A DNA stretch of 58,232 bases from Armatimonadota bacterium. GTDB lineage: Bacteria; Vulcanimicrobiota; JACPDT01. Where the stretch lies: the NCBI GenBank assembly GCA_016183865.1, contig JACPDT010000081.1:1-58232 (forward strand), given 5' to 3'. This document shows, one piece after another, positions 17,380 to 26,548 of this stretch. Each line of letters opens with the position of its first letter. Within the stretch, counting starts at the first letter, position 1. The notes below the pieces were generated by a model. The model searched no databases and was not told the origin of the DNA. It saw nothing but the letters and a program-made list of their open reading frames with translations. A program made the translations under genes and the position numbers.

Positions 17380-19922
17380 ATTTCACCTCTGGTTCCATTA
17401 TTGAGTGTGAGCCCCACCCGAACGACCTGCTTCGGCGCCGCTCCAAAACCCTCGCAGGCGAGCAATGTCAGAATATCCTGGGGATGAGCGGCGCCCGCCG
17501 CCCCCGCCCCCAGGAGCATCTGCAAATGGGTCCCGCCAGGGTTTGTTTCCACTCGAAGATCTTGAATCAATGGGCGGATGTCCTTATCCCGTCGCCCGTG
17601 CTTACCATCGCGCTGAATAATGAGGGAGTCTGCACGCAGCAAAGCACTGACGGCATTCTCCATTTCCACAGTCTCAATGTCCGTGAAATCAGCTCGCCAG
17701 GAAGCGCCGCATACAAGGGAGGCGGCTGATGGAGAATTCACCGGCAATTCTTCGACTTCAAGCACCCGAAGCCCCTCCAGCAGAGCCGCCTGTAAATGGG
17801 AGGACACCTCCTCCGGTGAAAAATGCAGAGACAACTCCAGATCCATGATCTCTCCCTGTGAAGCAAAACCGAGAGCAAGAGCGGATGCCAGAGAGATTCT
17901 CGGATGAGGGTTACAGCCCTCCGTATAGGAAGGAGGAAGCCCTGACCTCTTTAGAGTCCGATGCAAGGCCCGCAGAAGATCCAGATGAGAAAGGAGTCGC
18001 AGAGGGTTTCCCTTTTCGAACTTGATGCGATACAGGAATCTCCCCGTTTTCCCCGGTTCATCAACAGGGCGCCTTTCTTTGACCTGCAGGGGCTTCGCCT
18101 TTCGGATCCCAGCCTTCAAATCCGGACACACTCCGCATTCGTAACATTTCTCCACCCTGCAATCAGGACGGAATGCCTCCGCCATGGATTGATCCCACTC
18201 GGCCCTGAGGAAGTCCTTATCGAGTCCTACAGAGATGTGATCCCAGGGAAGAATCTCCTTTTCGGAAATTTCCCTGTGGTAGAAATCGGGATCCAGCCCG
18301 ATTTCGTGGAACGCCTCCATCCAGCGTGAAAAGGAGAACATTTCCTGCCACCCATCGAAGCGGGACCCGAGGCGATGGCCCGCCAGAAGGGCTTTTCCTA
18401 CCCTGCGGTCCCCCCGGGAAAAGACGCCCTCCATATAAGACGTCTCGGGATCGTGCCAGGAGAAGGCGATTTGCCTCGTCTTGAGACTGCTTCGAAGAAA
18501 GGCGAACTTCCCGCGCAACTGGGAAACCGTGTTCTGCGCAAACCATTGATAGGGAGTGTGGGGCTTCGGCACAAAACCACCCACCGAAACGCGAATCCTG
18601 CACTGGCCCTTGCCGCTCGCTCTCCTGGCCACTCGGGCCGCCTCGTGAAGGAGCTCCACCATCCCGTCCAAATCGGCCTGCTCCTCTGTGGGCAAACCTG
18701 CCAGAAAATAGAGCTTTGTGCTCTGCCAGCCGTTGGAAAATGCGAGATCCACTGTCCTCAGAAAATCCTCATCCGAAAAGGCCTTGTTGATCACCCGCCT
18801 GAGTCGCTCCGTTCCGCCTTCCGGCGCCAATGTCAAACCGGAGCGGCCCTCCTTGATCAATGAGGCAAGCTCCACGCTGAAGGCGTCCAGACGAGTGGAA
18901 GGGAGAGATATTCCCAGTCTCTCATGATGGAATTCCTCAAGAATCCGGGTGACCGCCTCCGTTACCTGCGTGTAGTCCGCCGACGAAAGAGAGACCAGGG
19001 ATATCTCATCATATCCGGTGCTCTTAACGGATTCTCTGATAAGGGAGAGGATACCCTCCACATTGCGCTCCCTCACGGGCCGATAAATCATGCCTGCCTG
19101 GCAGAATCGGCAGGCTCGGGTGCAACCTCTGAAGAGCTCCACCATCAGCCGGTCGTGAACAACTTCCACGAAGGGGACCACAGGGCGTCTCGGATACGCG
19201 ACCGCATTCAGGTTCTTGATGACTCGCTTTTGAACAACCGGCTGTAAACCGTCCACAAGGGGATGAAGCTCAGCGATTGTTCCATCGGAATGATAGCATG
19301 CCTGATAGAAGGCAGGCACATAGACTCCTTCCAGGCGGGACAAGGCAACAAGGAGTTCTCTGCGGGAGCCGCCTCCCTCTCTCCACCTCCGAAACTCGGC
19401 CAAAACCTCCAATATCACCTCTTCTCCTTCACCGAGCACAAAGGCATCCACAAAATCCGCCAGGGGCTCAGGGTTCACGGAACAAGGTCCCCCTGCCAGG
19501 ATGATCGGATCCCCCTCGCTTCGCTCTGCCGCCGTGAGGGGCACCCCCCCCAATGCCAGGAATTGCAGGATATTGGAATAGCTCAGCTCATACTGCAGAG
19601 TAAAACCGATGAAATGGAAATCGCTGATGGGAGTCCTGGACTCGAGGCTCAATATGGGAATCCCCCGGGAACGGAGCTCCTCTTCCATGTCGGTCCAGGG
19701 ATTGAAACCCCTCTCGCAGTACACATCAGGCTGGTCGTTCAGAAGCTCGTAGAGTATCTTGGAGCCGAGGTGAGACATGCCGATCTCGTACAGATCGGGG
19801 TAAACAAATAGAAAACGGATGGTCTCCTGCAAAATTTCCTTGTGAACCGAATTCAGCTCGTTTCCCAAATAGCGTGCAGGCTTGACTACCTGCGGCAAAA
19901 TGGCTTCAAAAATGTCCTTCAT
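17367..19922 (-). CDS. B12-binding-domain radical SAM protein fused to a radical-SAM-linked (DUF2344-like) domain
   Basis: 851 aa. CTRACRFCQAG (CxxxCxxC). Size and architecture match the TIGR03960+TIGR03936 fusion that commonly sits upstream of rng. 13-nt overlap with rng. Confidence 0.75.
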   Translation of the reverse strand: MKDIFEAILPQVVKPARYLGNELNSVHKEILQETIRFLFVYPDLYEIGMSHLGSKILYELLNDQPDVYCERGFNPWTDMEEELRSRGIPILSLESRTPISDFHFIGFTLQYELSYSNILQFLALGGVPLTAAERSEGDPIILAGGPCSVNPEPLADFVDAFVLGEGEEVILEVLAEFRRWREGGGSRRELLVALSRLEGVYVPAFYQACYHSDGTIAELHPLVDGLQPVVQKRVIKNLNAVAYPRRPVVPFVEVVHDRLMVELFRGCTRACRFCQAGMIYRPVRERNVEGILSLIRESVKSTGYDEISLVSLSSADYTQVTEAVTRILEEFHHERLGISLPSTRLDAFSVELASLIKEGRSGLTLAPEGGTERLRRVINKAFSDEDFLRTVDLAFSNGWQSTKLYFLAGLPTEEQADLDGMVELLHEAARVARRASGKGQCRIRVSVGGFVPKPHTPYQWFAQNTVSQLRGKFAFLRSSLKTRQIAFSWHDPETSYMEGVFSRGDRRVGKALLAGHRLGSRFDGWQEMFSFSRWMEAFHEIGLDPDFYHREISEKEILPWDHISVGLDKDFLRAEWDQSMAEAFRPDCRVEKCYECGVCPDLKAGIRKAKPLQVKERRPVDEPGKTGRFLYRIKFEKGNPLRLLSHLDLLRALHRTLKRSGLPPSYTEGCNPHPRISLASALALGFASQGEIMDLELSLHFSPEEVSSHLQAALLEGLRVLEVEELPVNSPSAASLVCGASWRADFTDIETVEMENAVSALLRADSLIIQRDGKHGRRDKDIRPLIQDLRVETNPGGTHLQMLLGAGAAGAAHPQDILTLLACEGFGAAPKQVVRVGLTLNNGTRGEMCQN

Positions 19923-19941
19923 AGTGTAATCACCCGAGAAG

Positions 19942-19970
19942 TTGAGGTTTCACTTATTGTATCATAGAAT
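19942..19970 (+). promoter_or_regulatory. Sigma70-like promoter candidate for the 20043 gene
   Basis: TTGAGG (19942..19947), 17 nt, TAGAAT (19965..19970), in the divergent intergenic region. Confidence 0.35.
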
Positions 19971-20042
19971 CGGAATGGAAAGCAAGAGCGATTGCAGGTA
20001 TTGGAGCAAAGGGGAGCGAAATGGCGGAAGGGGCGGTGACAT

Positions 20043-20876
20043 ATGAAGATCATGCTTTCAACCCATCTGTTTTTATATCACGATCTGCTCGAAGAGGATG
20101 TCCTGAAACTGGCGGCAGATGAGGGGTTCAGTCAGGCGGAGATCTGGGCGATGAAGCCTCACTTCCCTTACGATGATCCCCGGGGGATGGAGGATCTTTG
20201 TCTCCTGGCCGCACGGGAAGGGGTGGAGTTCCACACCGCCCATCTTCCCATATATGAGAAAGTGTACCCCCCCAAAAAGCCCTCCGGACTCCTCAGCCCG
20301 GGCTCTCCCGATCCGGAGATTCGAGTGAGATGGAGAAACGAAGCGACAATGGCGGCCCGGGCAGCGGCAACATTGGGCGCGAAATACCTGACCATTCACG
20401 GGGACTTGCACCTGCCCGGGCCGGACCCGCGAGCGGCCAGAGTCCGCGAGTCGCTCCTGGACTTCATATCCGAGGATCTGCCTCAAGATGCAATTCTTTG
20501 TCTGGAAAATGCGGGAGGGGGACCGGAACAGGTTCTAGGGCTTCTGGACTTATTGAACGATCTGCCCTCCCAACTTACAGGCCTGACTCTTGACCTGGGA
20601 CACGCACTCCTGGGCGGGGATGTCCCTGCATCCATACTTGCAGCAGGGAGCAGGCTGAGGGTCGTTCACGCACACGACAATGACGGACATTATGATAAGC
20701 ACTGGCCTCCGGGTCGTGGCTGCATGCCCTGGGAAGCGGTCCTGAAAGCTTTGAGTGAGATCAACTTCTCCGGCCCCTTTATCTGGGAGATTCGGGACCC
20801 GACTGGAGGCGCGGACCTCCACGGTCTTAGATCCATCCTCGAGGAAATTCGCAAATTTGACCAGGTTTACGCTTGA
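20043..20876 (+). CDS. Sugar phosphate isomerase/epimerase (xylose-isomerase-like TIM barrel)
   Basis: 277 aa. LENAGGG..., LTLDLGHALL and VHAHDNDG are typical metal-ligand blocks of the AP_endonuc_2 TIM-barrel family. Confidence 0.65.
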   Translation: MKIMLSTHLFLYHDLLEEDVLKLAADEGFSQAEIWAMKPHFPYDDPRGMEDLCLLAAREGVEFHTAHLPIYEKVYPPKKPSGLLSPGSPDPEIRVRWRNEATMAARAAATLGAKYLTIHGDLHLPGPDPRAARVRESLLDFISEDLPQDAILCLENAGGGPEQVLGLLDLLNDLPSQLTGLTLDLGHALLGGDVPASILAAGSRLRVVHAHDNDGHYDKHWPPGRGCMPWEAVLKALSEINFSGPFIWEIRDPTGGADLHGLRSILEEIRKFDQVYA

Positions 20877-20952
20877 CCCCGCTTCGCTGCTTGATGTATT
20901 GACCGCGAATCTGACGAAGATTCTGGGCAGGGAACCCGGTCCCATTGACATC

Positions 20953-21975
20953 ATGCCTCTTCCACAGGACGCGAGCGCAAGACGCTATTACAGGCTCAAG
21001 GGTCCGCTCTTTAAGAGCCGCGAAATCATCGGCCCAACGATCATCCTGATGGTCCTGGCTGAGCCGAATCCCTGGAGAAAACCGGACGAGATCGCGACAG
21101 GGAACCGCTCTCTTCCCTGCAGGGCGCCCCGGGAGAAAGATCTGGATTTTGTGAGTGTCCTACGACATTTCGAGGCCATCGGGCTGCCTGTCCCAAGACT
21201 GTATTGCTACGATATTCCTGCAGGCCTCCTCTACCTTGAGGACCTTGGTGACGACTTGCTGGAAACGGCGGTCCGGCGACTCTCGGTGAGGCAGATGAGA
21301 GGATATTACCAACAAGCTCTGGATCTCATGCTCAAGATCCACGAAGACGGAACCTCATTGCGCAACGACGAGTTCGCACCTTTTCAGAGAGCCTTTGACG
21401 AGACCCTCCTTTTCGCGGAATTCGTGCATTACATAGAATATGGGATCGAAGCCCGCAAGGGAATCAAGGTCGCCTCAGCCGACCTCCAGGTCATGGAGGA
21501 TCAGATGAGAGCCATCAGTCGGGAGATTGCATCCCAGCCCAGAGTCCTGGTCCACAGGGACTTTCAAAGCCGGAACATCGTCGTCCAGGGAGAGCGTTTG
21601 CGGATTCTGGACTTTCAGGACGCCCTCATGGGAGTCAGACAGCATGATCTGGTGTGCCTCCTTCGTGATTCCTATGTAGTGCTGGATTCGGAGCCGGTTG
21701 ACTTTCTTATCGAATACTATGTCCACAAGCTGGAGGCACGGGAAAAAAAGAAGGTTGACAGGGTTCATTTCAGGAGGGTCTTTGATCTCGTCACTCTGCA
21801 GCGAAAGATAAAAGATGCAGGGCGCTTTGACTACATCGCCATCGTGAAGGGGAACTCGAAATTTCTACGCCACATTCCCGCCACTCTGGAGTATGTGACG
21901 GAAGCCTTTGATCGCCTGCCTGAATACGCCCCTCTCAGAAAGACCCTGGCCAAATACACTCCGGAGCTGACATGA
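20953..21975 (+). CDS. amgK: Aminoglycoside-phosphotransferase-fold kinase, AmgK-like (anomeric MurNAc/GlcNAc kinase family)
   Basis: PLPQDASARRYYRL, LYLEDLGDD and VLVHRDFQSRNIVV...ILDFQDALMGVRQHDLVCLLRDSY match the COG3178/AmgK pattern. It is followed by a MurU-like gene with a 4-nt overlap. The start is uncertain: ATG 20953 is chosen, while the track ORF opens at 20755 inside the previous gene. Confidence 0.65.
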   Translation: MPLPQDASARRYYRLKGPLFKSREIIGPTIILMVLAEPNPWRKPDEIATGNRSLPCRAPREKDLDFVSVLRHFEAIGLPVPRLYCYDIPAGLLYLEDLGDDLLETAVRRLSVRQMRGYYQQALDLMLKIHEDGTSLRNDEFAPFQRAFDETLLFAEFVHYIEYGIEARKGIKVASADLQVMEDQMRAISREIASQPRVLVHRDFQSRNIVVQGERLRILDFQDALMGVRQHDLVCLLRDSYVVLDSEPVDFLIEYYVHKLEAREKKKVDRVHFRRVFDLVTLQRKIKDAGRFDYIAIVKGNSKFLRHIPATLEYVTEAFDRLPEYAPLRKTLAKYTPELT

Positions 21976-22610
21976 AGGCAATGATTCTGGCCGCAGGTTT
22001 TGGAGAAAGGCTCAGACCGCTGACCCTGGCGACTCCTAAGCCCTTGATCCCCGTGGGAGGTGTCCCGAACATCCACAGGATCCTGCGCCTCCTGGAAGCA
22101 AACGGTTTCCGAGACATAGTAGTCAATCTCCATCACCTCGGTGAAAAGATCCAGGAATCGGTGGGAGACGGCGCCGCCTTCGGAGTTCGTGTTTCCTATT
22201 CCCCCGAAAAGGAAATCCTGGGAACGGGCGGAGGAATCAAGGGCGCACAACAGCTTATTGGGGACGAGACTTTTCTGGTCATCAATGGGGACATACTCAT
22301 CAGCATCGCCCTCACGGATGTGGTGCGATTTCATCGTGAGCACGGAGGGGCCGCGACCCTGGTTGTTCGGGATGATCCGTCCCTTGACGGATATGGTGCG
22401 ATCATGGTGGATTCCGGGGGCCGGGTGCGGGACATTCTCAGGCTTGTGGATCGAGCCCCCGGCTTGTTGCCCCGGCTTTTCACGGGAATTCAGGTGCTGG
22501 AGCCGATTTTTTTCAACTATCTTCCGGAACCGATCCCTGCCTCAACGACCCGAAAAGCGGAGGAGGATGTAAAAAAAGGGTTACAGGTCTCGCCTTCTGC
22601 CCTCTCCTAG
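21972..22610 (+). CDS. murU: Nucleotidyltransferase, MurU-like (sugar-1-phosphate NTP transferase); C-terminus looks aberrant or truncated
   Basis: MKAMILAAGFGERLRPLTLATPKPLIPV signature. Pairing with the amgK-like gene. The last ~26 aa (PIPASTTRKAEEDVKKGLQVSPSALS) lack the expected C-terminal G-x-W-x-D-x-G-T block. Confidence 0.6.
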   Translation: MKAMILAAGFGERLRPLTLATPKPLIPVGGVPNIHRILRLLEANGFRDIVVNLHHLGEKIQESVGDGAAFGVRVSYSPEKEILGTGGGIKGAQQLIGDETFLVINGDILISIALTDVVRFHREHGGAATLVVRDDPSLDGYGAIMVDSGGRVRDILRLVDRAPGLLPRLFTGIQVLEPIFFNYLPEPIPASTTRKAEEDVKKGLQVSPSALS

Positions 22611-22902
22611 CACCAATGCCACTGAATTAAGCAACGTTTTTGTCTTGAATAACGAATAGACCTCCTCATAGGAAGTAAGAATACTGGGTGTGAGCCCAGG
22701 ACAGAAGAGATCTGATGTTGGAATTCGCCAAAGCTCACAGGATTCTTGCAAGTCTCACGGAACGATTTTCCCTGGACCTGTTCAACGGGAATGATACGAA
22801 GGCCGCGGTCGAGGAGGCATTGGACAAGACAGGAAAATGGCACCAGAGGGAGTGTCCGCTGAAAGCGCCCTTCGATTTTCGTGTGCGCCCCAACGCAGAC
22901 GC

Positions 22903-23991
22903 TCACTCCTCCGGCAAGAGGCGATCTTTTCTCATATGGATATTGAGAAGAAACCCTATTGCCGTCATGTTCGTCAAGAGGGAGGTGCCTCCGTAGCTGA
23001 TAAAAGGAAGGGGAATACCGGTGATGGGCATGATTCCAATGGTCATGCCTATGTTGACGAGAACGTGAAAAAAGAGCATGACTCCTATTCCGGTTGCCAC
23101 GAGCCTGCCGAAAACATCCCGAGCCTCCATAGCTATGCGGGTAATCTGCCACAAAAGGACCAGGTAAAGGGCAAGAAGGGCGATGGCGCCGATGAACCCC
23201 AGCTCCTCCCCAATCACGGTAAAGATGAAATCGGTGGATTTCTCAGGCACAAACTTCAACTGAGCCTGGGTGCCCGCAAAAAGGCCTTTTCCCACCAATT
23301 GCCCGCAGCCCACTGCGATTTCCGATTGGATGATATTCCATCCGGCCCCCTGGGGATCGGCCTGGGGATTCAGAAAAACGAGAAGTCGCTGCACCTGATA
23401 CTCCTTGAGGATATGTGGAGCGACGGCAAGCCCGCTGACCACGAAAAGGAGAATATACACGGGCGAGGTCCCTGCCGCGAGGAGGAGCCCGAAAAGAATG
23501 GTGACAAGGACAAGAGCGGTGCCCAGGTCGGGCTGAAGCAGGATCAGGAGCAGGGGGGGTGCGGCATGAAGGAGTGCGAGCCCGAGAGTTTTCAGGCTCC
23601 GCGGGTCTTCACTGGATGATAACTGACGGGCAAGAGTGATGATCAAGAACAGTTTGGCCAGCTCCGAAGGCTGAAAGGAGCCAAGGGGTCCGAGAGAAAC
23701 CCAACGCTGGGCGCCCAGAGCGGAATGTCCGAAAAACATGACTGCCAGGAGCAGAATTACATTTATTCCGTAAAGGTAAAGGCTGAGACGCCCGACGGTG
23801 TGGTAATCCATCAGAAGAACGACGAGGAACATGGTCAGACCCAGAAAGAAAAAAACGGTCTGTCTCGTGAATTCGGTCGAGTGAGGGACTCTGAAATTCG
23901 CGCTGTATACGGCGACAAGGCCGTAGGCGCACAGGAGCAACGAGGCGATAATAAGCTGAAAATTGAGTCGGGTCCACCAGGGGCGGTACAC
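22903..23991 (-). CDS. rodA: SEDS peptidoglycan glycosyltransferase RodA
   Basis: 362 aa, polytopic. QPSELAKL, PDLGTALV, TDFIFTVIGEELGFIG and GIPLPFISYGGTS motifs. GTG start overlaps the minE stop (TAGTG). Confidence 0.85.
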   Translation of the reverse strand: MYRPWWTRLNFQLIIASLLLCAYGLVAVYSANFRVPHSTEFTRQTVFFFLGLTMFLVVLLMDYHTVGRLSLYLYGINVILLLAVMFFGHSALGAQRWVSLGPLGSFQPSELAKLFLIITLARQLSSSEDPRSLKTLGLALLHAAPPLLLILLQPDLGTALVLVTILFGLLLAAGTSPVYILLFVVSGLAVAPHILKEYQVQRLLVFLNPQADPQGAGWNIIQSEIAVGCGQLVGKGLFAGTQAQLKFVPEKSTDFIFTVIGEELGFIGAIALLALYLVLLWQITRIAMEARDVFGRLVATGIGVMLFFHVLVNIGMTIGIMPITGIPLPFISYGGTSLLTNMTAIGFLLNIHMRKDRLLPEE

Positions 23992-24446
23992 TATGAACGA
24001 TAACGCCTCTTTCCCTTCCCCCGCTTGCCGGCCACTGCGAGCTCCTTCCGCTTCCCTGCACTCCCCCCGGGGATTCCGGCACTCTCTGCCGCAGGTGATG
24101 GATATCCCGCCGCCGATGCCTGCGGCATCTCCGGTGGCCTCGTCTCGACGGATTTGGGAATCGGAGTGGACCTCTTGATTCGTATGATGGGAATATTGGC
24201 ATTCAGGGCAACTGTGTTTTCCCTGTGCTCAAAACCCACTTCCAGAGAGGACATATCTATCTCAAGATATCTGGAGATTACCTCAATCATCTCCTCCTTC
24301 AAGGTCTCCAGTAGTTGGGGGGAGACATTGGACCGGTCTTGAATCAGAACCAGTCGGAGGCGATCCCTGGCCACACAGCCCGGAGCCTTGTTCCCCCGTC
24401 CGAAAATGCGGAAAATGAAATTGAACTTGCTCATGAAATTCAGCAT
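23991..24446 (-). CDS. minE: Cell-division topological specificity factor MinE with a ~60-aa basic/Pro-rich C-terminal tail
   Basis: FGRGNKAPGCVARDRLRLVLIQDR...LLETLKEEMIEVISRYLEID matches MinE. It follows minD. Total length is 151 aa, against about 85-95 aa as I recall for typical MinE. Confidence 0.8.
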   Translation of the reverse strand: MLNFMSKFNFIFRIFGRGNKAPGCVARDRLRLVLIQDRSNVSPQLLETLKEEMIEVISRYLEIDMSSLEVGFEHRENTVALNANIPIIRIKRSTPIPKSVETRPPEMPQASAAGYPSPAAESAGIPGGSAGKRKELAVAGKRGKGKRRYRS

Positions 24447-24459
24447 AGCACCCGCCCCA

Positions 24460-25269
24460 TCACAATGCAGCTTGATCCCGGATGAAAAGCTTCCGGAGAC
24501 GACCTAAGATCCCGCCGTTTCTCTCTCCAAGGCTGAGCGGCAACGAAGGATCATCGAGCCTGCGGACGATATGCCGATAAGCCGCCCCTGCCTTGGAATG
24601 GGGGTCAAGAACAATGGGTTCGCCCTTGTTGGAGGAGACCACAATTCCCTCGTCCTCAGGGACTATCCCAAGAATCTCTATGTTCAAGATCTCCTGAACA
24701 TCACTGATGCTCATGCTGTTCCCTCTTCTGACCTGATCCGGCCTCAGGCGATTGAGGATCAGTCGAGGGTTGTACTTCTCCTCAGACTCGAGAAGTCCGA
24801 TCACCCGGTCGGCGTCCCGCACTGCCGAGACCTCGGGAGTTGTCACCACCAAAGCCGAATCGGCGCCTGCGATGGCGTTTCGAAACCCGTGCTCTATTCC
24901 GGCAGGACAGTCAATAAAAATGTAGTCAAAATTCTGGCGAAGCTCCTCGCAGATGACCTGCATCTGCTCAGGGCTCACAGCCTCCTTGTCCTTTGTCTGG
25001 GAGGCGGGAATCAGGAAAAGGTTAGGAAAACGCTTGTCTTTTATGAGGGCCTGCCTGTAAGAGCGGCACTTGCCTTCCACTATGTCCACCAGATCAAATA
25101 CGATGCGGTTTTCGAGCCCCATGACAATATCGAGGTTGCGTAAGCCGATATCCGCATCCACAAGGACGACCCGCTTGCCGAGCTGCGCGAGACCGCTGCC
25201 CAGGTTGGCCGAGCAGGTAGTCTTTCCGACGCCGCCCTTCCCGGACGTGACCACAATCACTTGTCCCAC
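24460..25269 (-). CDS. minD: Septum site-determining ATPase MinD
   Basis: VVTSGKGGVGKTT deviant Walker A, DADIGLRNLD, IFIDCPAGIE, C-terminal amphipathic LGRLRKLF. Confidence 0.95.
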   Translation of the reverse strand: MGQVIVVTSGKGGVGKTTCSANLGSGLAQLGKRVVLVDADIGLRNLDIVMGLENRIVFDLVDIVEGKCRSYRQALIKDKRFPNLFLIPASQTKDKEAVSPEQMQVICEELRQNFDYIFIDCPAGIEHGFRNAIAGADSALVVTTPEVSAVRDADRVIGLLESEEKYNPRLILNRLRPDQVRRGNSMSISDVQEILNIEILGIVPEDEGIVVSSNKGEPIVLDPHSKAGAAYRHIVRRLDDPSLPLSLGERNGGILGRLRKLFIRDQAAL

Positions 25270-25297
25270 CGATCTTCCCCCCTTCTTGAAGTACCGT

Positions 25298-26056
25298 CTA
25301 CTCTTTCGTGCTGTAAGCTTCGATCAATATTCCCCCATCCCGAATCCGCGCAATCTCAGGGACATGGGCGCGGGATCTCGTGGTTCTCGCATCGGGCGCG
25401 ATGCCGACATGACTCGATATTCGCAGTTGAGTCGGCTGCAGGTTCAAGGCAATCACCGCCGCGTCCTCCGATCCGGTTGCCCCTGCATGGGCGATGCCTC
25501 TGAGAGCGCCAAGAACGATGATGCTCCTGGTTGCGACAATCTCGGCGCCGGGATTCACGTCCCCCAGAACCACGACATGGCCGTCAAAATGGATTCTCTG
25601 TCCTGCCCGAAGGCCGCGCTTCATCAGAAGGGCGGGCTCCTGACCTTTTTCCAGGGCGGATGTCCGGATGGGCGACGGCGCCGCCTTCCACTGACGACGA
25701 GTGTGGCCTGCCCGCTGTGCCACAAGTTTCGGCGAGTGAATGATGGAAGAACCGGACAGAATGCGAATATTCTTGCTCTGTCCAAGCATCTTGGTCACCG
25801 GGGAGTTGCTCGAAATTCCCTTGATCCCCATGTTCAAAGCCGAGACAAGTTGCTCAAGAGCCTGGAATTCTTCTTCCTGGAGGGGGCGCTCTTCCAGCTC
25901 CAGGACTACTTCCGCCCCGCGGAAAAAAGATTCGTTTTCTTGAAGCTTAGTTCGGAGGCTTTCGAGGAGTTCAGAGAACTCGGGCCCATCAGGAAAGTGC
26001 ACCGTGAGGCCTTCATTAGTGCCCTTTATGGAAACCTGCGCCTGTTCTGCCGGCAA
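25298..26056 (-). CDS. minC: Septum formation inhibitor MinC
   Basis: C-terminal beta-helix block RAGQRIHFDGHVVVLGDVNPGAEIVATRSIIVLGALRGIAHAG. Lies upstream of minD. TTG start 7 nt after GGGGGGA. Confidence 0.85.
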   Translation of the reverse strand: MPAEQAQVSIKGTNEGLTVHFPDGPEFSELLESLRTKLQENESFFRGAEVVLELEERPLQEEEFQALEQLVSALNMGIKGISSNSPVTKMLGQSKNIRILSGSSIIHSPKLVAQRAGHTRRQWKAAPSPIRTSALEKGQEPALLMKRGLRAGQRIHFDGHVVVLGDVNPGAEIVATRSIIVLGALRGIAHAGATGSEDAAVIALNLQPTQLRISSHVGIAPDARTTRSRAHVPEIARIRDGGILIEAYSTKE

Positions 26057-26063
26057 ACCATTG

Positions 26064-26106
26064 TCCCCCCGTTTTTAGAATTCTTGATTCGATGAAAAGG
26101 GGGGGA
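26064..26106 (-). promoter_or_regulatory. Stem-loop able to sequester the minC Shine-Dalgarno
   Basis: Minus-strand RNA: UCCCCCCCUUUUC - 17-nt loop - AAAAACGGGGGGA (13 positions: 11 Watson-Crick pairs, one terminal G-U wobble and one G-G mismatch). The 3' arm GGGGGGA is the only SD-like element before TTG 26056. Confidence 0.4.
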
Positions 26107-26136
26107 AATCCTGCAAGGGCGGGGCGGAATCTTTCT

Positions 26137-26541
26137 TTACATGACGGTATTTCCCTGGCTCTCTCCGGATGAAGGTTTCCCTTCCTGATCGGCCATATGA
26201 AGGACCTTGATGAGCTTTTCGTTTGCAATGAAAGCCTGCTCGATACCTAGTTGGATATGGGATGGGTCGCCATCGGAGAAAAACCCGGCCATTACCTTCA
26301 GGGCACAACGATATTCGGAAAGTCCGTCCCCAAGCACATCTATTCCACGAAGCGCTTCCGGGGTCAGTTCCTCCTCAATCTCCACCGCGTTATACTGCTC
26401 CTGGGCCCTCGCCAGAATTGCATCCATTCTCTCCAGGGTCGAAAGAAACTCGGAAGAAGAGATCTTCCCTGCCAGAACTTTTTCTGCACGCTCTTTCAAA
26501 ATGAGAAAGTTCTGCAAATATCGAAAAGGCAACCACATCAC
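26137..26541 (-). CDS. Hypothetical helical protein (134 aa)
   Basis: ORF lying between mrdA and minC on the same strand. No recognisable motif. Confidence 0.5.
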   Translation of the reverse strand: MMWLPFRYLQNFLILKERAEKVLAGKISSSEFLSTLERMDAILARAQEQYNAVEIEEELTPEALRGIDVLGDGLSEYRCALKVMAGFFSDGDPSHIQLGIEQAFIANEKLIKVLHMADQEGKPSSGESQGNTVM

Positions 26542-26548
26542 CTCCTTG

